NCBI GenBank assembly: GCA_037201625.1
Contig: JBBCGR010000002.1
Span: forward strand, 12,831-76,830
Reading direction: 5' to 3'
Length of the DNA stretch: 64,000 bases
Source: Acetobacteraceae bacterium
GTDB lineage: Bacteria > Pseudomonadota > Alphaproteobacteria > Acetobacterales > Acetobacteraceae
A model generated the notes under the pieces. It did not search any database. It saw only the letters and a program-made list of their open reading frames with translations, and had not been told where the DNA came from. Positions 54,103 through 64,000 of the stretch are shown here, in pieces (position 1 is the stretch's first letter; the number at the start of each line of letters is the position of its first letter). A program made the position numbers and the translations under genes.

Positions 54103-57100
54103 TTGTCCGAACAGATCATCACCGAGCTGATCGTCGACGCGCGTGGTGCCGAACCCGGCACCGCGCAGTTCGTCGCGATGATGGGCGTTGCCCAGCGCGC
54201 GGTGGACAAGCACATCCAGTCGCAGGAGAAGCTCGCCGAGCAGGCGACCGCCGCCGGCAATGCCGCGGCCGGGGCCGGACAACAGATCGAGACGGGCGCA
54301 CGTTCCGTCAGCGCGGCCGAGCGCGCCTATGCGGCCTATGTCGCGCGGATGGATCCGGCATTCGCCGCTCAGCAGAAGCTCACCGCCGAGACCAACCGCG
54401 TGAATGCGGCGATCGACGGCTTGATCAACAAGATCAACCGCACGCCCGTCGATACCGAGGCCTATACGAAGCTGGCCGCACAGATGTCGGCCCTCACGGG
54501 GCGCTCGGCCGAACTGCGCGGCACGCTGGACCGGCTCGCCAGCGGCAGCATGAGCGTCGAGCAGGCGCTCGGCTCCCTGGCCACGGAATCGGAGCGTGCC
54601 GCGGCCGCTGCACGCGATGCCGCCACGTCACAGGCGCAGATGGTGGCCCGCGCCCAACAGATCAGGGATGCGCTCGATCCGCTCGGCGTCGTTCAGCGTG
54701 AATACAGCGCGGCGCTGGCAGACGCGACGCGTCTGCAGATTGCCGGGCTGATCACCGATCGCGAATACATCGAAACCACCAATCGAAGCCTCGCTGCGCT
54801 CGACAGGAAAACCGCAGAACTCGACGGTTCGGCGCAGGCCGCGCGCGACGCGGCCGCGGCCGAGATGCAGATGACGGCGCAGGCCAGGCAATGGATCGCG
54901 ACGGCAGATCCTGCGGCCGCGTCACAGGCGCGTCTCAACGAGGCCAGGATCACCGGTGAGAAGCTCATCGCGGCCGGCCTGATCACGCAGCCGCAGCTCA
55001 CCGCTGGCCTCAAGAAGCTGTCCGACCAGCACGAGCAGCTCTATGGCACGACGACGCGGTCCACCGGCGCGCTGCGTGCGCTGTCGGTGCAGATGCCCGA
55101 CGTGGTGCAGGGCGTGCTGTCCGGCCAGAGCGCCTTCCAGCTCCTCGTGCAGCAGGGCGGCCAGGTGATCTCGGTCCTGCAGCTGCAGGGTGGCGTGCTG
55201 AGCGGGCTGAAGGCGGCATTCTCGGCGCTCGTGTCGCCGATCGGCCTCGCTGTCGCGGCCGGCGTCGCGCTGGTCTCCGGCATCGTCGCGGTCGGCGCGG
55301 CATCCGAGGCGTCCGCCCGGCGGATGGTCGATCTCCAGAACGCGCTCCGCGCGACGCGCACGGATTACGTGAACCTTGCGCAGGAGGTGAACGCCGCCGC
55401 CAAGGCGGTCGCGGCCACGAGCCAGATCGGTTCCGGAGATGCGCGCGCCGCGGGCCTGGCCATCGCCGGCTCGGTGGGGTTCCAGGGGAACCAGTCCGAG
55501 CTCGAGCGGCTGATCAAGCTGTCCGGCGACCTGGCGGCGGCATGGGGCACCACGCTGCCGGAGGCGGGCAGGAAGCTGGCGGCCGGCCTGACCGATCCCG
55601 CGAAGGCGGCCCACGAGCTTGCCGATAAGACCTTCCCCGGCGTGACGCAGCAGCTCGCGCGCACGATCGACCTGATGCAGAAGGGCGGCGACGTCGCGGG
55701 CGCACAGCGCCTTCTGATCGATGCCTACAGCCGCGCCGTGGCTGGCGCCGGGGAGCCGCACACGCGGCTTCAGAGGGCCGTCTCCGGCCTGTCCGAGGCA
55801 TTCACCTCGGCCGGACAGAGCGGTCGCAGCCTGGCCGACGTCATCGGGACGACCTTCACCGATATCGCCTCGTTCGCGGTCGAACAGATCACGCGGCTGG
55901 TCACCGCGATCTCCTGGGCCAAGGACAAGATTGCCGCGCTGCTGCCCGGCCAGCTCGGTGGCGGAACGCCCGCGCCGGGCAGTTTCACCGGCGGTCTGCA
56001 GCCGGCGATCCCGACCAACAACACCATCCGTCCCGATCTCGCGCAGCTGCTCTACAGGATCGCGGAGCAGAGGAACTTCGGCGGTGCGCCGGACGTATCG
56101 GCAACGCAGGCCGATCTCGCCACGCAGATCATGGCGATCGAGTCCTCCGGCGGCCGGAACATCCGCGTCAGTTCGGCGGGCGCGATCGGTGCGATGCAGT
56201 TGATGCCCGGCACGGCGGCGGCAATGGGCGTCAGCCCATACGACATGGCCGGGAACATCGAAGGCGGCCTCCGGTTCATCGCCCAGCTATGGCAGCAGTT
56301 CGGCGGCGATCCGGTCCTTGTGGCGATGGCCTACAACTGGGGCCCGGCGAATGTCGAGGCGTTCCTGCGCGGCGTCAAAGCCATTCCGGTCGACGTGCAG
56401 AAATATGCCCAGACCGTCACGGGTATCAGCGGCGATCAGCTGCTCCAGCGCTACAGCGGATCCTTCGCCGCCGCGTCTCGCGCGGGCATCGGGACGAACG
56501 TCGTCGGCCGCAGCGACGCCGACCTGCTCCAGGCGCGGATCAATGCTGCCGACAAGCAGGCGCAGGGCCTGATCCCGGGGCAGCAGGAGGACATACGGGC
56601 ACAGATCAGGAACTTCGACGATCTCCGCGCGAAGGTCGGCGAGAACTCCGCCCAGGGTCAGGCCTACTCGGCGGTCATCAAGGACCTGCAGGGGAAGCTT
56701 GCCGAGCTGCTCACGCCGATGCAGCAGCTCGACAAGTCGCTGCGCGACCAGGCGGCTCTGTCGGGTGTCGCCGAGGGTGCGGCGCGCGAGTACGCGCAGG
56801 CGCTGCAGCAGGCGACCGACGTGGCGGTGAAGCAGGGCGACGGCACGCTGCAGACCGCGGACCGGCTGCGGGTGCTGCAAAGCGTGCACGACAGGCTGAC
56901 CGGGCAGTACCAGCAGAGCATCGTCGAGATCGACCGCCAGACCGCGGCGAACAATCAGTTCAACGCGGCGCTGGCGAACACCATCGCCACCTATGGCTCC
57001 TACACCGCGGCGGCGCAGCACCTCGCCAATGTCGAGAAGGCAAGGGAGGAGCTGCGCAAGACCACGACGGACAATGAGCCTGAGTACCGGCAGCGCCTGG

Positions 57101-59616
57101 ACGAGACGACGGCTGCCCTCGACCGCCAGACGCGGTCGCTGAACGAACGGAATCTCCAGCCGGCGCTGGACCAGCAGCGGCAGTCGATCGCGCTCATCCA
57201 GGCGCAGACCGACGCGCTCGGCATGTCCGCCGCCGAGCAGGACAAGTACATCGCCGTCTTCAAGGCGAAGCAGGAGCTGGAGAGCAGGAACACGGACACC
57301 CAGAAGGGCCTGGGTGCCGAATACATCGCCAATGTCGGGCGGCTCTCCGACCTGACCGCGGCCTACAGCCAACAGAAGCAGGCGCTCGCCGACATCGCAT
57401 CGGCGTTCACGTCCGCCTTCGACCAGCTCGGGCAGGCCATCACCAACAGCTTCCTGTCCGGCACGGGGGCTGCAGTGAACTGGAAGAACGTGATGCTGTC
57501 GGTGGCGCAGCAGGTGTTGCAGAAGTTCCTGCAACTGGCTGTGCTCAATCCGCTGCTGAACAGCCTGTTCAACCAGAGCAATTCGACGCTCGGGACGGTG
57601 ATCGCGGCGCTCGGTTCGGCCGGTGGCTCGGGCAATGCCTCCGGTTCCGGCGGCGCGCTCAACACGCTGGGCAACCTCGGCACGGTCGGCAGTGCAGCCA
57701 ACACCCTGTCCGGCGGCTCCATCTACGAGACGCTGGGCATCACCAAGCTTGGTGGCTGGTTGAAGGACACGCTCGGCCTTTCCGGGCAGGGCAGCCTTCT
57801 GTCGCAGATAGGCAATCTCGGCATCTTCGGCACGTCGACGGCCGAAGCATCGCTGGCCGCCATCAGCCCCGAGTCGATTGCTGCGGCCCTCGGCTACAAT
57901 GCGGCGCCGCTTGCCACGCAAGCTGGCGTCGGCGCCACTCAGGCGACCGGCCTATTCGGCGGGGCGTCGCTCGGCAATTTGGCTGGAGGCGTGGGGCTGG
58001 GATTCGGCGCCGGCAGCCTGGCTGGTGGCTTCGTGCAGGGCGCAGTCGGCAAAACAGGCTACGGCCCTCAGATTGGCGCGGGCACGGGCGCTATCGCTGG
58101 GGCCATCATCGGCTCGTATGTGCCTGTCATCGGGACGGTGCTGGGTGGCCTGATCGGCGGCCTCCTCGGTGGAGGTGGCGGCGGCCTGATCGGGCCGCCC
58201 AAGCCCAACCCGTTCACGTTGACGGACATCGGCGTCACGCCGCAGGGCCTGCTGACGCAAGGCGGCACCGCGTCGCAGCTCGTGGACAGCAACGCCGCCC
58301 AGACGGCTGCGGAGATCGCGCAGTTCAACGCGGCGCTACAGAGCCTGGGCGTGACCATCGCCAGCCTGACCACGCGGTTCGGCACGGCTACCCCCGGCAC
58401 CGGCGGCGGCGGCACCGTCGGCGCGGAGCCCAACAATCCGGACCACGAGAACACCAACTGGATCGGCTCCGACGTCGCCTCGCTGTTCTCGGCCTTCCGC
58501 TTCACCGCCTCCGACCCCACGCTGGCGGACTTCCTGAGCGGCAAGCCGTTTGCTGACGCTGGCGCACTCGCCGCGGCCGTGCAGCAGTTCCAGGCGGCGC
58601 AGGCGGCGATCACGACGTTCCTCGACAGCACGGCGCCGCAGCTCACCGCGAGCGCCACGGCGACCGGCTCGCTCGACCAGGCGATCGCCCAGCTCAACCA
58701 GCAGTTCGCCGCGGCGATCGCGACGGCGCAGCAATACACCGCCTCGGGCGCCGCCTCGGCCGACCAGCTCGCCCGCCTGGCGCAGGCCGAGACCGACCTC
58801 GCCACGGCCCGTGACGCGGCCATACAGAAGGCGCAGCAGCAGGCCGCGCAGCAGACGCAGGATCTCGCCGCCGGCCTCTACAGCCGCTTCCTGGCGGCCT
58901 CCGCGCAGGCCTCCGGCGTGCCGGCCGACCAGCTCACCGCCGCGCTCTACGCCTTCGACGTCCAGGCCGACCAGCAGCGCCGCCAGTTCGATGCCCAGAT
59001 GGTGGCGCTCTACGGCGACGCGGTCCGCGGCACCGCGACCTACGTCAACAACGCCACCCTGCTGGAGGCGACGCTCGGCCAGGAGCGCCTGGCGATCCAG
59101 AAGGCGGCCAACGACAACCTGGTGCAGTCCGCCCAGCAGGCGCAGCAGCAGGCGACACAGGCGCAGCAGCAGGCCGCGCAGAACGTCGCCGGCACGATCG
59201 CCTCGATCACCGACTACGTCCGCACCCTGCAGTTCGGCAGCAACTCGGCCCTGTCCCCGACCTCGCAATACGAGCTGGCCAGCCGCCAGTTCAACGCGGT
59301 CTCCGGCGCGGCCCTGAAGGGCGACTACGGCTCGATCCAGGCGATCACCGGCTACGCCGACCAGCTGCTCACCGCCTCGCGCACCGTGAACGGCTCCGGC
59401 GCCGCCTTCGCCGCCGACTTCCAGCGGGTGATCGACGCCCTCGGCAGGATCGGCGAGATGCCGGCCGACACGCTCACCGCATCGGCCTACGCCGCCGAGA
59501 TGCGCACCCAGACGCAGGTGCTCTCCACCGACCTGCGCGTGCTGCAGGACCTCATGCGCAGCCTGATCGCCGAGTTCAAGCACAGCGGCTGGCGTCCCGC
59601 GCGCCTGGTGGCCTGA
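54103..59616 (+). CDS. tail tape measure protein with embedded lytic transglycosylase (SLT) domain
   Basis: 1837 aa, coiled-coil rich. SLT motifs AIESSGG, GAMQLMPGTA, AYNWGP (about nt 56040-56400). Glycine-zipper hydrophobic segment about 57990-58200. TTG start is uncertain. Confidence 0.9.
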   Translation: MSEQIITELIVDARGAEPGTAQFVAMMGVAQRAVDKHIQSQEKLAEQATAAGNAAAGAGQQIETGARSVSAAERAYAAYVARMDPAFAAQQKLTAETNRVNAAIDGLINKINRTPVDTEAYTKLAAQMSALTGRSAELRGTLDRLASGSMSVEQALGSLATESERAAAAARDAATSQAQMVARAQQIRDALDPLGVVQREYSAALADATRLQIAGLITDREYIETTNRSLAALDRKTAELDGSAQAARDAAAAEMQMTAQARQWIATADPAAASQARLNEARITGEKLIAAGLITQPQLTAGLKKLSDQHEQLYGTTTRSTGALRALSVQMPDVVQGVLSGQSAFQLLVQQGGQVISVLQLQGGVLSGLKAAFSALVSPIGLAVAAGVALVSGIVAVGAASEASARRMVDLQNALRATRTDYVNLAQEVNAAAKAVAATSQIGSGDARAAGLAIAGSVGFQGNQSELERLIKLSGDLAAAWGTTLPEAGRKLAAGLTDPAKAAHELADKTFPGVTQQLARTIDLMQKGGDVAGAQRLLIDAYSRAVAGAGEPHTRLQRAVSGLSEAFTSAGQSGRSLADVIGTTFTDIASFAVEQITRLVTAISWAKDKIAALLPGQLGGGTPAPGSFTGGLQPAIPTNNTIRPDLAQLLYRIAEQRNFGGAPDVSATQADLATQIMAIESSGGRNIRVSSAGAIGAMQLMPGTAAAMGVSPYDMAGNIEGGLRFIAQLWQQFGGDPVLVAMAYNWGPANVEAFLRGVKAIPVDVQKYAQTVTGISGDQLLQRYSGSFAAASRAGIGTNVVGRSDADLLQARINAADKQAQGLIPGQQEDIRAQIRNFDDLRAKVGENSAQGQAYSAVIKDLQGKLAELLTPMQQLDKSLRDQAALSGVAEGAAREYAQALQQATDVAVKQGDGTLQTADRLRVLQSVHDRLTGQYQQSIVEIDRQTAANNQFNAALANTIATYGSYTAAAQHLANVEKAREELRKTTTDNEPEYRQRLDETTAALDRQTRSLNERNLQPALDQQRQSIALIQAQTDALGMSAAEQDKYIAVFKAKQELESRNTDTQKGLGAEYIANVGRLSDLTAAYSQQKQALADIASAFTSAFDQLGQAITNSFLSGTGAAVNWKNVMLSVAQQVLQKFLQLAVLNPLLNSLFNQSNSTLGTVIAALGSAGGSGNASGSGGALNTLGNLGTVGSAANTLSGGSIYETLGITKLGGWLKDTLGLSGQGSLLSQIGNLGIFGTSTAEASLAAISPESIAAALGYNAAPLATQAGVGATQATGLFGGASLGNLAGGVGLGFGAGSLAGGFVQGAVGKTGYGPQIGAGTGAIAGAIIGSYVPVIGTVLGGLIGGLLGGGGGGLIGPPKPNPFTLTDIGVTPQGLLTQGGTASQLVDSNAAQTAAEIAQFNAALQSLGVTIASLTTRFGTATPGTGGGGTVGAEPNNPDHENTNWIGSDVASLFSAFRFTASDPTLADFLSGKPFADAGALAAAVQQFQAAQAAITTFLDSTAPQLTASATATGSLDQAIAQLNQQFAAAIATAQQYTASGAASADQLARLAQAETDLATARDAAIQKAQQQAAQQTQDLAAGLYSRFLAASAQASGVPADQLTAALYAFDVQADQQRRQFDAQMVALYGDAVRGTATYVNNATLLEATLGQERLAIQKAANDNLVQSAQQAQQQATQAQQQAAQNVAGTIASITDYVRTLQFGSNSALSPTSQYELASRQFNAVSGAALKGDYGSIQAITGYADQLLTASRTVNGSGAAFAADFQRVIDALGRIGEMPADTLTASAYAAEMRTQTQVLSTDLRVLQDLMRSLIAEFKHSGWRPARLVA

Positions 59617-59617
59617 G

Positions 59618-61372
59618 ATGGGCCGCGTCCTCCGCACACCGGACCGCCAGCCGCTGATCACCGGCATGGTGGGGCCGACGCCGATCGCCCTGCTGGCGAC
59701 CCCCGGCCCGGCCGCCGCCGCGGCCGGCATGCCGTTCTTCACCGTGGCGATCGAGGCCTACCAGCCGCCCGGCACGGCGCTCACGCCGGTGCTGGGCTGG
59801 AACCTGGTGCCGTGGAACCTGCTCTCGCTGCGGCCGATCGGCGCCGGCTCGACCACGAAGATCACCGCCTCCGACATGGGCTACCGCACCCGCGCCGGCG
59901 ACGCCGGCGGCGTGGTGCCATACCCGGCGCTGATCGCCGATTCGATCCAGCTCGACCGCGAGATCCCGCTCGATCCCGCCACCACGGCCGCCGCGGCCGG
60001 CGGCGCAACGGTCGTGCTGATCAACGACGACGGCCACCTCGACGGCATCGCCAGCTCGATGAACGCCGACGGCCGCCGCGCCGAGATCCGCCGCGGCACC
60101 AAGGTCTGGGATGCCGGCCGCGGCCTCTTCGTCGACCCCAGCCTGGCAGACCTCGACATGGTCTTCGCCGGCGTGGCGACGCCCTGGTTCCTCGACGTCA
60201 CCACCCTGCGCGTGCTGCTGCGCGATGCCAGCTACTGGCTCGAGCGGCCCTACCAGGCAAACCTCTACACCGGCGCCGGCGGCATCAACGGCAGCACCGC
60301 TCTCACCGGGATCCGCATCCCGCGCACCCGCGGCGGCACCGCAGGGCATCCGGTGAAGAACATCACCCCGGTGCTGATCGATCCGGTCAAGCTGATCTAC
60401 CAGTACAACGACGGCCCGGGCGCGATCGTGACGCTCTGGGAAGGCGCCAAGGCCACCATCGCGTTCAGCGGCGACGACACCACGGACCTTTTCTCAGGAA
60501 CGACGCCGCCCGGCACATACCGCACCGACGATACCCATGGCCTGTTCCAGCTCGGCTCGCCGCCGGCCTACGCGATCACCGCCGACGTCACCGGTGAGTT
60601 CCCCGTCGCCGGCGCGGTCACGACCGCGGCGGCGATCGCGCTGGCCATGCTCACCGAGGACCTGGGGCTGGCGGCGGAGTTCGTGGACGCGGACAGCTTC
60701 GCGGCCGCCGACAGTGCCTACCCCTACATCGCCGGCATCTACTTCCACCCGGACGATGCGGCGGACGGCGCCGCTGCGGTGTCGCGCGTGCTGTCCGGGA
60801 TGCACGCCAAGCTGATCCACGCGCGCGCCGGCGAGCTGCGCTGCTGCGTGCTGCGCGCCCTGTCCGGCACGGAGACCCCGGTGCTGACGATCGGCCCGCA
60901 CAACAGCGGCGAGATCGTGCCGGTTCCCTTGCCCGCCACGCTCGACCCGCCGGCGGTGCGCGTACGCGTCGCCTGGCAGCACAACCACACCGTCCAGGCC
61001 TCCGGCCTCAACCCGGAGGCCCCTGCCGCGCAGGTGCAGTTCGCCGCGGCCTCGGACAGCTACGCGTTCTTCGGCAGCCCCGCCGTCGCAGCCCAGTTCG
61101 CCCGCCCCAACGACCTCGCCCCGTTCGGCGGCTCGCTGCTGGTGAGGGACGACGTGGACGCAGTGGCCGCGGACGTGGGCGCGCTGTGGTGCGCCAGACG
61201 GCGGCTCTTCGATGTTCCGCTGCCGCTCGAGCTCGGCGTCGGGCTCGACCTGGGCGACGTGCTCCGCCTGCGCGACCTGACCGGCGAACTGCGCAGCGGC
61301 AGGCTCGGGCAGATCGTCGGCACGTCGCTGCGCAGCAACGAGGACATGATGACGGTGAGGGTGCTGGTCTGA
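59618..61372 (+). CDS. tail tip/distal tail structural protein (unassigned)
   Basis: 584-aa ORF starting 2 nt after the tape measure stop. Confidence 0.7.
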   Translation: MGRVLRTPDRQPLITGMVGPTPIALLATPGPAAAAAGMPFFTVAIEAYQPPGTALTPVLGWNLVPWNLLSLRPIGAGSTTKITASDMGYRTRAGDAGGVVPYPALIADSIQLDREIPLDPATTAAAAGGATVVLINDDGHLDGIASSMNADGRRAEIRRGTKVWDAGRGLFVDPSLADLDMVFAGVATPWFLDVTTLRVLLRDASYWLERPYQANLYTGAGGINGSTALTGIRIPRTRGGTAGHPVKNITPVLIDPVKLIYQYNDGPGAIVTLWEGAKATIAFSGDDTTDLFSGTTPPGTYRTDDTHGLFQLGSPPAYAITADVTGEFPVAGAVTTAAAIALAMLTEDLGLAAEFVDADSFAAADSAYPYIAGIYFHPDDAADGAAAVSRVLSGMHAKLIHARAGELRCCVLRALSGTETPVLTIGPHNSGEIVPVPLPATLDPPAVRVRVAWQHNHTVQASGLNPEAPAAQVQFAAASDSYAFFGSPAVAAQFARPNDLAPFGGSLLVRDDVDAVAADVGALWCARRRLFDVPLPLELGVGLDLGDVLRLRDLTGELRSGRLGQIVGTSLRSNEDMMTVRVLV

Positions 61373-62172
61373 TGGGCAATGTCGCGATCGGCTGTCGCAA
61401 CCACTTCAAGTCGGGCGTCATCACCGCCAACAGCGCCGAGACCGGCCTCGGCCCGACCAACCTGGCCTCCGACCAGTGCGCCGCCGCCTCGGGCTGGCAG
61501 ACGCCCAACGGCAAAGTCCAGTACTCGAGCGACGGCCAGGCGCTGCTCAAATGCACCTTCGCCCGGCCACGGCTGCTGCTGCGCGCCGTCGCCCTGGTCA
61601 ACACCAACCTGACGCCGGCCGCGCGGATCACCGTCCAGGCGTGGCGCGACCTGGCGCTGGTCTGGCAGGCGGTCGTCGCCGGTCCGCAGCCCGGCTACCG
61701 CCAGATCATCGTCATCCTGGACGAGGACGTGACCTGCGATCTCGTGCAGATCCTGTTCGACGATCCCGCCAACCCGGACAGCCATATCAACATCGGCGGC
61801 GCCTTCGCCGGCCCGCTGTGGTTCCCGCGGAACGGCATCGCCTGGCAGACCGCGCACGGCCAGCGGCCCTCGCGGCGCGACACCAGGGTCTCCGGTGGGC
61901 CGCGCTACATCAGCCTCAAATACGTCGAGCGGTTCTGGAGCGTCGTGTTCGACGCCGTGCCGGATGACGAGGCCTGGGACGAGCTCGAGGAGATGAAGCG
62001 CATCGCCGCGCTGGGCAGCAACGTGCTGTTCGTGCCGGACGTGGCCTCGATCGACCTCTACCGCGAGGCGGTGTTCGGCGTGGCCGACGGCATCGACACC
62101 CCGGTCGGCTTCGTGCCCGGCGCCGTCCCGCTGCTGCGCCGCTGGACCGGCGAGATCGTGGAGCGCCTGTAG
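61372..62172 (+). CDS. tail tip structural protein (unassigned)
   Basis: Tail of ORF 61186..62172 (MGNVAIGCRNHFKSGVITANS...). ATGA coupling. Confidence 0.65.
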   Translation: MGNVAIGCRNHFKSGVITANSAETGLGPTNLASDQCAAASGWQTPNGKVQYSSDGQALLKCTFARPRLLLRAVALVNTNLTPAARITVQAWRDLALVWQAVVAGPQPGYRQIIVILDEDVTCDLVQILFDDPANPDSHINIGGAFAGPLWFPRNGIAWQTAHGQRPSRRDTRVSGGPRYISLKYVERFWSVVFDAVPDDEAWDELEEMKRIAALGSNVLFVPDVASIDLYREAVFGVADGIDTPVGFVPGAVPLLRRWTGEIVERL

Positions 62173-63120
62173 ATGCCAGGATGGTGGGCAAGCTTCGTCT
62201 CGGAGACGGCGACCAATCCCGGCACGGGCGCGGTGACGCTGCTCGGGCGCAACCTGGACATCCCGTGCTGCGACTTCGCCACGGCCGGCTACGGCACCGG
62301 CGACCCGGTCTACTACACGATCAGCGATGGCGCGCCCGACGGGCAGAGCGAGGACGTCAGAGGCACCTACAACGCCACCACCAACACCCTCTCGCGCGAC
62401 GAGACGCTGGCCAACACCGCCGGCACCACCTCGCCGCTGAGCTTCACCGGCGACGTCTTCATCTACAGCGTATTGCCTGCCAGCAAGGGCCTCGCGCTCG
62501 ATGCCGGCAACGACCTGACACTGCCGCGTGACCTGTCGGTCACCCGCAACGCGGCGATCGGCGGCACGCTCGCCATCCAGCCGGCATCGGCCGCCGCGCA
62601 TGCGCTGCGCGCCGACCAGGCCTGGCAGACCATCGCCAGCTATCCGCCCTCGATCATCGGCCTGATCGACTTCCCGCTGTCGACCGGCTACCGGCGGTTC
62701 CGGCTCTGGGTCTCGGGGCTGACCGTCACCTTTGGCGACGCGACGATCGGGCTGCAGTTCTCCGGCGACAACGGCAGCACGTTCGCGACCAGCCTCTACA
62801 ACTGGGCGGCGCACTCGGTGCTCGATGCGGGATCGCTGGGCGGGGCGGGCAACGCGAGCGACGTCAGCATCACTGTCGCGCCCGGCATCGCGGCATCCGC
62901 AGGATCCAACGCGTTCGAGGGGATGATCGACATCTTCCCGGGCTCGGTGTCCTTCGCGCCGCGCTGCGTGACGACGATGTACGGGGTCACCTCGGCTGGC
63001 TACATGCTGTGGCAGGGCGGCGGCGGCTGGAACGGCTCGCCCGGGCGGATGAACTACGGCCGGCTGCTGCCCTCGGCCGGCACGATCTCCGCGGCGCTGA
63101 TCCTCGAGGGCCTGCGGTGA
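62173..63120 (+). CDS. tail fibre/baseplate-associated protein
   Basis: 315 aa, starting directly after the previous stop. Confidence 0.65.
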   Translation: MPGWWASFVSETATNPGTGAVTLLGRNLDIPCCDFATAGYGTGDPVYYTISDGAPDGQSEDVRGTYNATTNTLSRDETLANTAGTTSPLSFTGDVFIYSVLPASKGLALDAGNDLTLPRDLSVTRNAAIGGTLAIQPASAAAHALRADQAWQTIASYPPSIIGLIDFPLSTGYRRFRLWVSGLTVTFGDATIGLQFSGDNGSTFATSLYNWAAHSVLDAGSLGGAGNASDVSITVAPGIAASAGSNAFEGMIDIFPGSVSFAPRCVTTMYGVTSAGYMLWQGGGGWNGSPGRMNYGRLLPSAGTISAALILEGLR

Positions 63121-64000
63121 GCTGGCCGAACGTCCCCTTCGCCGGCTCGGTCGACGGCGCGGACTGGGTGCCGGTCGCGCAGGCCGACGGCGAGGTCCGC
63201 CAGGCGACGATCGACCAGATCACGGACGCCCTCCTGCCCGACCTGCCGGCGATGTCCTTCATCGGCAACCTGGGCACCGCCGAGGCGGCCGGCGTACCAT
63301 GCGCGTTCGGCGACGACTTCATCAACGGCGGCAGCTTCCTGGCGCTCGCCGGCACACTGGCCGGCGATCGGCGGTTCACCGGCGCCGTCGTCGTCGACGG
63401 GCCGCTCGTCAACAACAGCGTCGCCCTCGGGCTGGCGATCCAGAACGCGGCCAGCAACTACGTCAACGGCGCGGTGCAGATCGGCGGCGCCGGCGCGGCG
63501 CTCGACGTCGGCAGCAGCTTCGCCACCGACGGCACGCAAACCGTCGCCAACTCCGATGACATCACGCTCAACGGCAGCGAGGGCGTGTTCCTCAACGGTC
63601 CCGCCAACGAGGTGCATCTCGGACCGTCCGGCGGGCAGCTCACCGGCGACTGGGAGGCAACCGGGTCGTTCAACGCCGTCACCCTGCTCGCGGGCGGGCT
63701 GCCGGTGCTGACCACGGCCGGCTCGGGCGTCGCGGTCAGCGGCGGCACCGTGTCGATCGACAACCAGGCGACGGTCGCGGCCACCGGCACCACGACCGTG
63801 ACGCCGGCGGCCGGCACCACGTCGGTGCTGGTCAACATGGGCAGCGTCGATGCGCTGGTGAACATCGGGTCGGGCTATCCGGGACAGCACCTGCGGCTCG
63901 AGATCAAGCAGGGCGGCACGCCGCACGCGGTCACGCTCGGCACGGCCGTGGTCTACGGGTCCATCCCCTCCTTCACCGCGAGCGGCGTGGCCAGCGCGCG
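63117..64000 (+). CDS. tail fibre-like protein (3' end beyond window)
   Basis: Own translation from GTG 63117 (GTGA overlap): VSWPNVPFAGSVDGADWVPVAQADGEVRQATIDQI... Open to the window end, so not in the track. Gly/Ala/Thr-rich beta-type sequence. Confidence 0.65.
   Translation, partial: MSWPNVPFAGSVDGADWVPVAQADGEVRQATIDQITDALLPDLPAMSFIGNLGTAEAAGVPCAFGDDFINGGSFLALAGTLAGDRRFTGAVVVDGPLVNNSVALGLAIQNAASNYVNGAVQIGGAGAALDVGSSFATDGTQTVANSDDITLNGSEGVFLNGPANEVHLGPSGGQLTGDWEATGSFNAVTLLAGGLPVLTTAGSGVAVSGGTVSIDNQATVAATGTTTVTPAAGTTSVLVNMGSVDALVNIGSGYPGQHLRLEIKQGGTPHAVTLGTAVVYGSIPSFTASGVASA

Larger units (their letters stand above)
18157..64000. mobile_element. integrated temperate siphovirus-like prophage at tRNA-Met (right end beyond window)
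   Basis: Integrase abuts the tRNA 3' end. Full lysogeny, replication, HK97-type head and long-tail modules follow. No second copy of the tRNA 3' end was noticed in the window, so attR is not included. Confidence 0.9.

Noticed and set aside
18157-64000. Possibility of two tandem mobile elements, because there are two tyrosine recombinases (18180 and 36180).
   Set aside because: Gene order is that of one continuous temperate phage genome (lysogeny, early, replication, late). I saw no tRNA-fragment repeat or att-like duplication near 36 kb. The second enzyme is Xer-like without an arm-binding domain. An exact-match search for the tRNA 3' end would settle this.
46416-64000. Diversity-generating retroelement acting on the LamG or tail fibre genes.
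   Set aside because: No reverse transcriptase ORF is present, and no template/variable repeat pair with adenine-specific differences was seen in the window.

Overview
High-GC chromosome segment with alphaproteobacterium-like gene content (taxonomy is inference only). Positions 1-18,156 are ordinary housekeeping DNA. Genes there are a fatty-acid-hydroxylase-family gene cut by the left edge, a YncE-like beta-propeller, an O-antigen-ligase-family protein, an SMP-30/gluconolactonase protein, tyrS, anmK and a VanZ-family protein. They are followed by an Fe(3+)-type ABC importer, an alpha/beta hydrolase, and a cysE / Rrf2 regulator / two cysteine desulfurases / 2Fe-2S ferredoxin / mnmA cluster that ends in tRNA-Met(CAT). 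Directly after the tRNA (18,157) a temperate, siphovirus-like prophage begins and runs off the right edge (more than 45.8 kb; attR not seen). Its order is: integrase and excisionase; a translationally coupled leftward early operon (HerA/FtsK-like ATPase, Cys-rich protein, large ParB-like protein, small ORFs); a low-GC secreted-protein moron; a divergent CI-like/Cro-like switch; and a rightward early operon with a DnaA-domain-IV protein and a replication initiator carrying iterons plus an AT-rich palindrome inside its own gene. Next come an accessory cassette (two paralogous ~76-aa proteins flanking a degenerate receiver domain), a DUF6362-like protein, and a second XerC/D-like recombinase preceded by GACATAA repeats. 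The late region follows: DUF3164, HNH, TerS, TerL, portal, protease and HK97-type capsid; an unusual ~5.9 kb, 10-gene block (including a LamG protein with a long uncharged 20-residue-repeat region and a frameshifted gene); then connector, tail tube, chaperone pair, an 1837-aa tape measure with a lytic transglycosylase domain, and tail tip/fibre genes. My best candidates for an undescribed system are the small-protein/REC-like cassette (33.3-34.4 kb), the internal Xer-like recombinase with its phased repeat array (36.07-37.05 kb), the ATPase/Cys-rich/ParB-like trio (19.7-23.9 kb) and the capsid-adjacent block (43.6-49.6 kb). All functional calls rest on motif recognition by eye. No database search was run.
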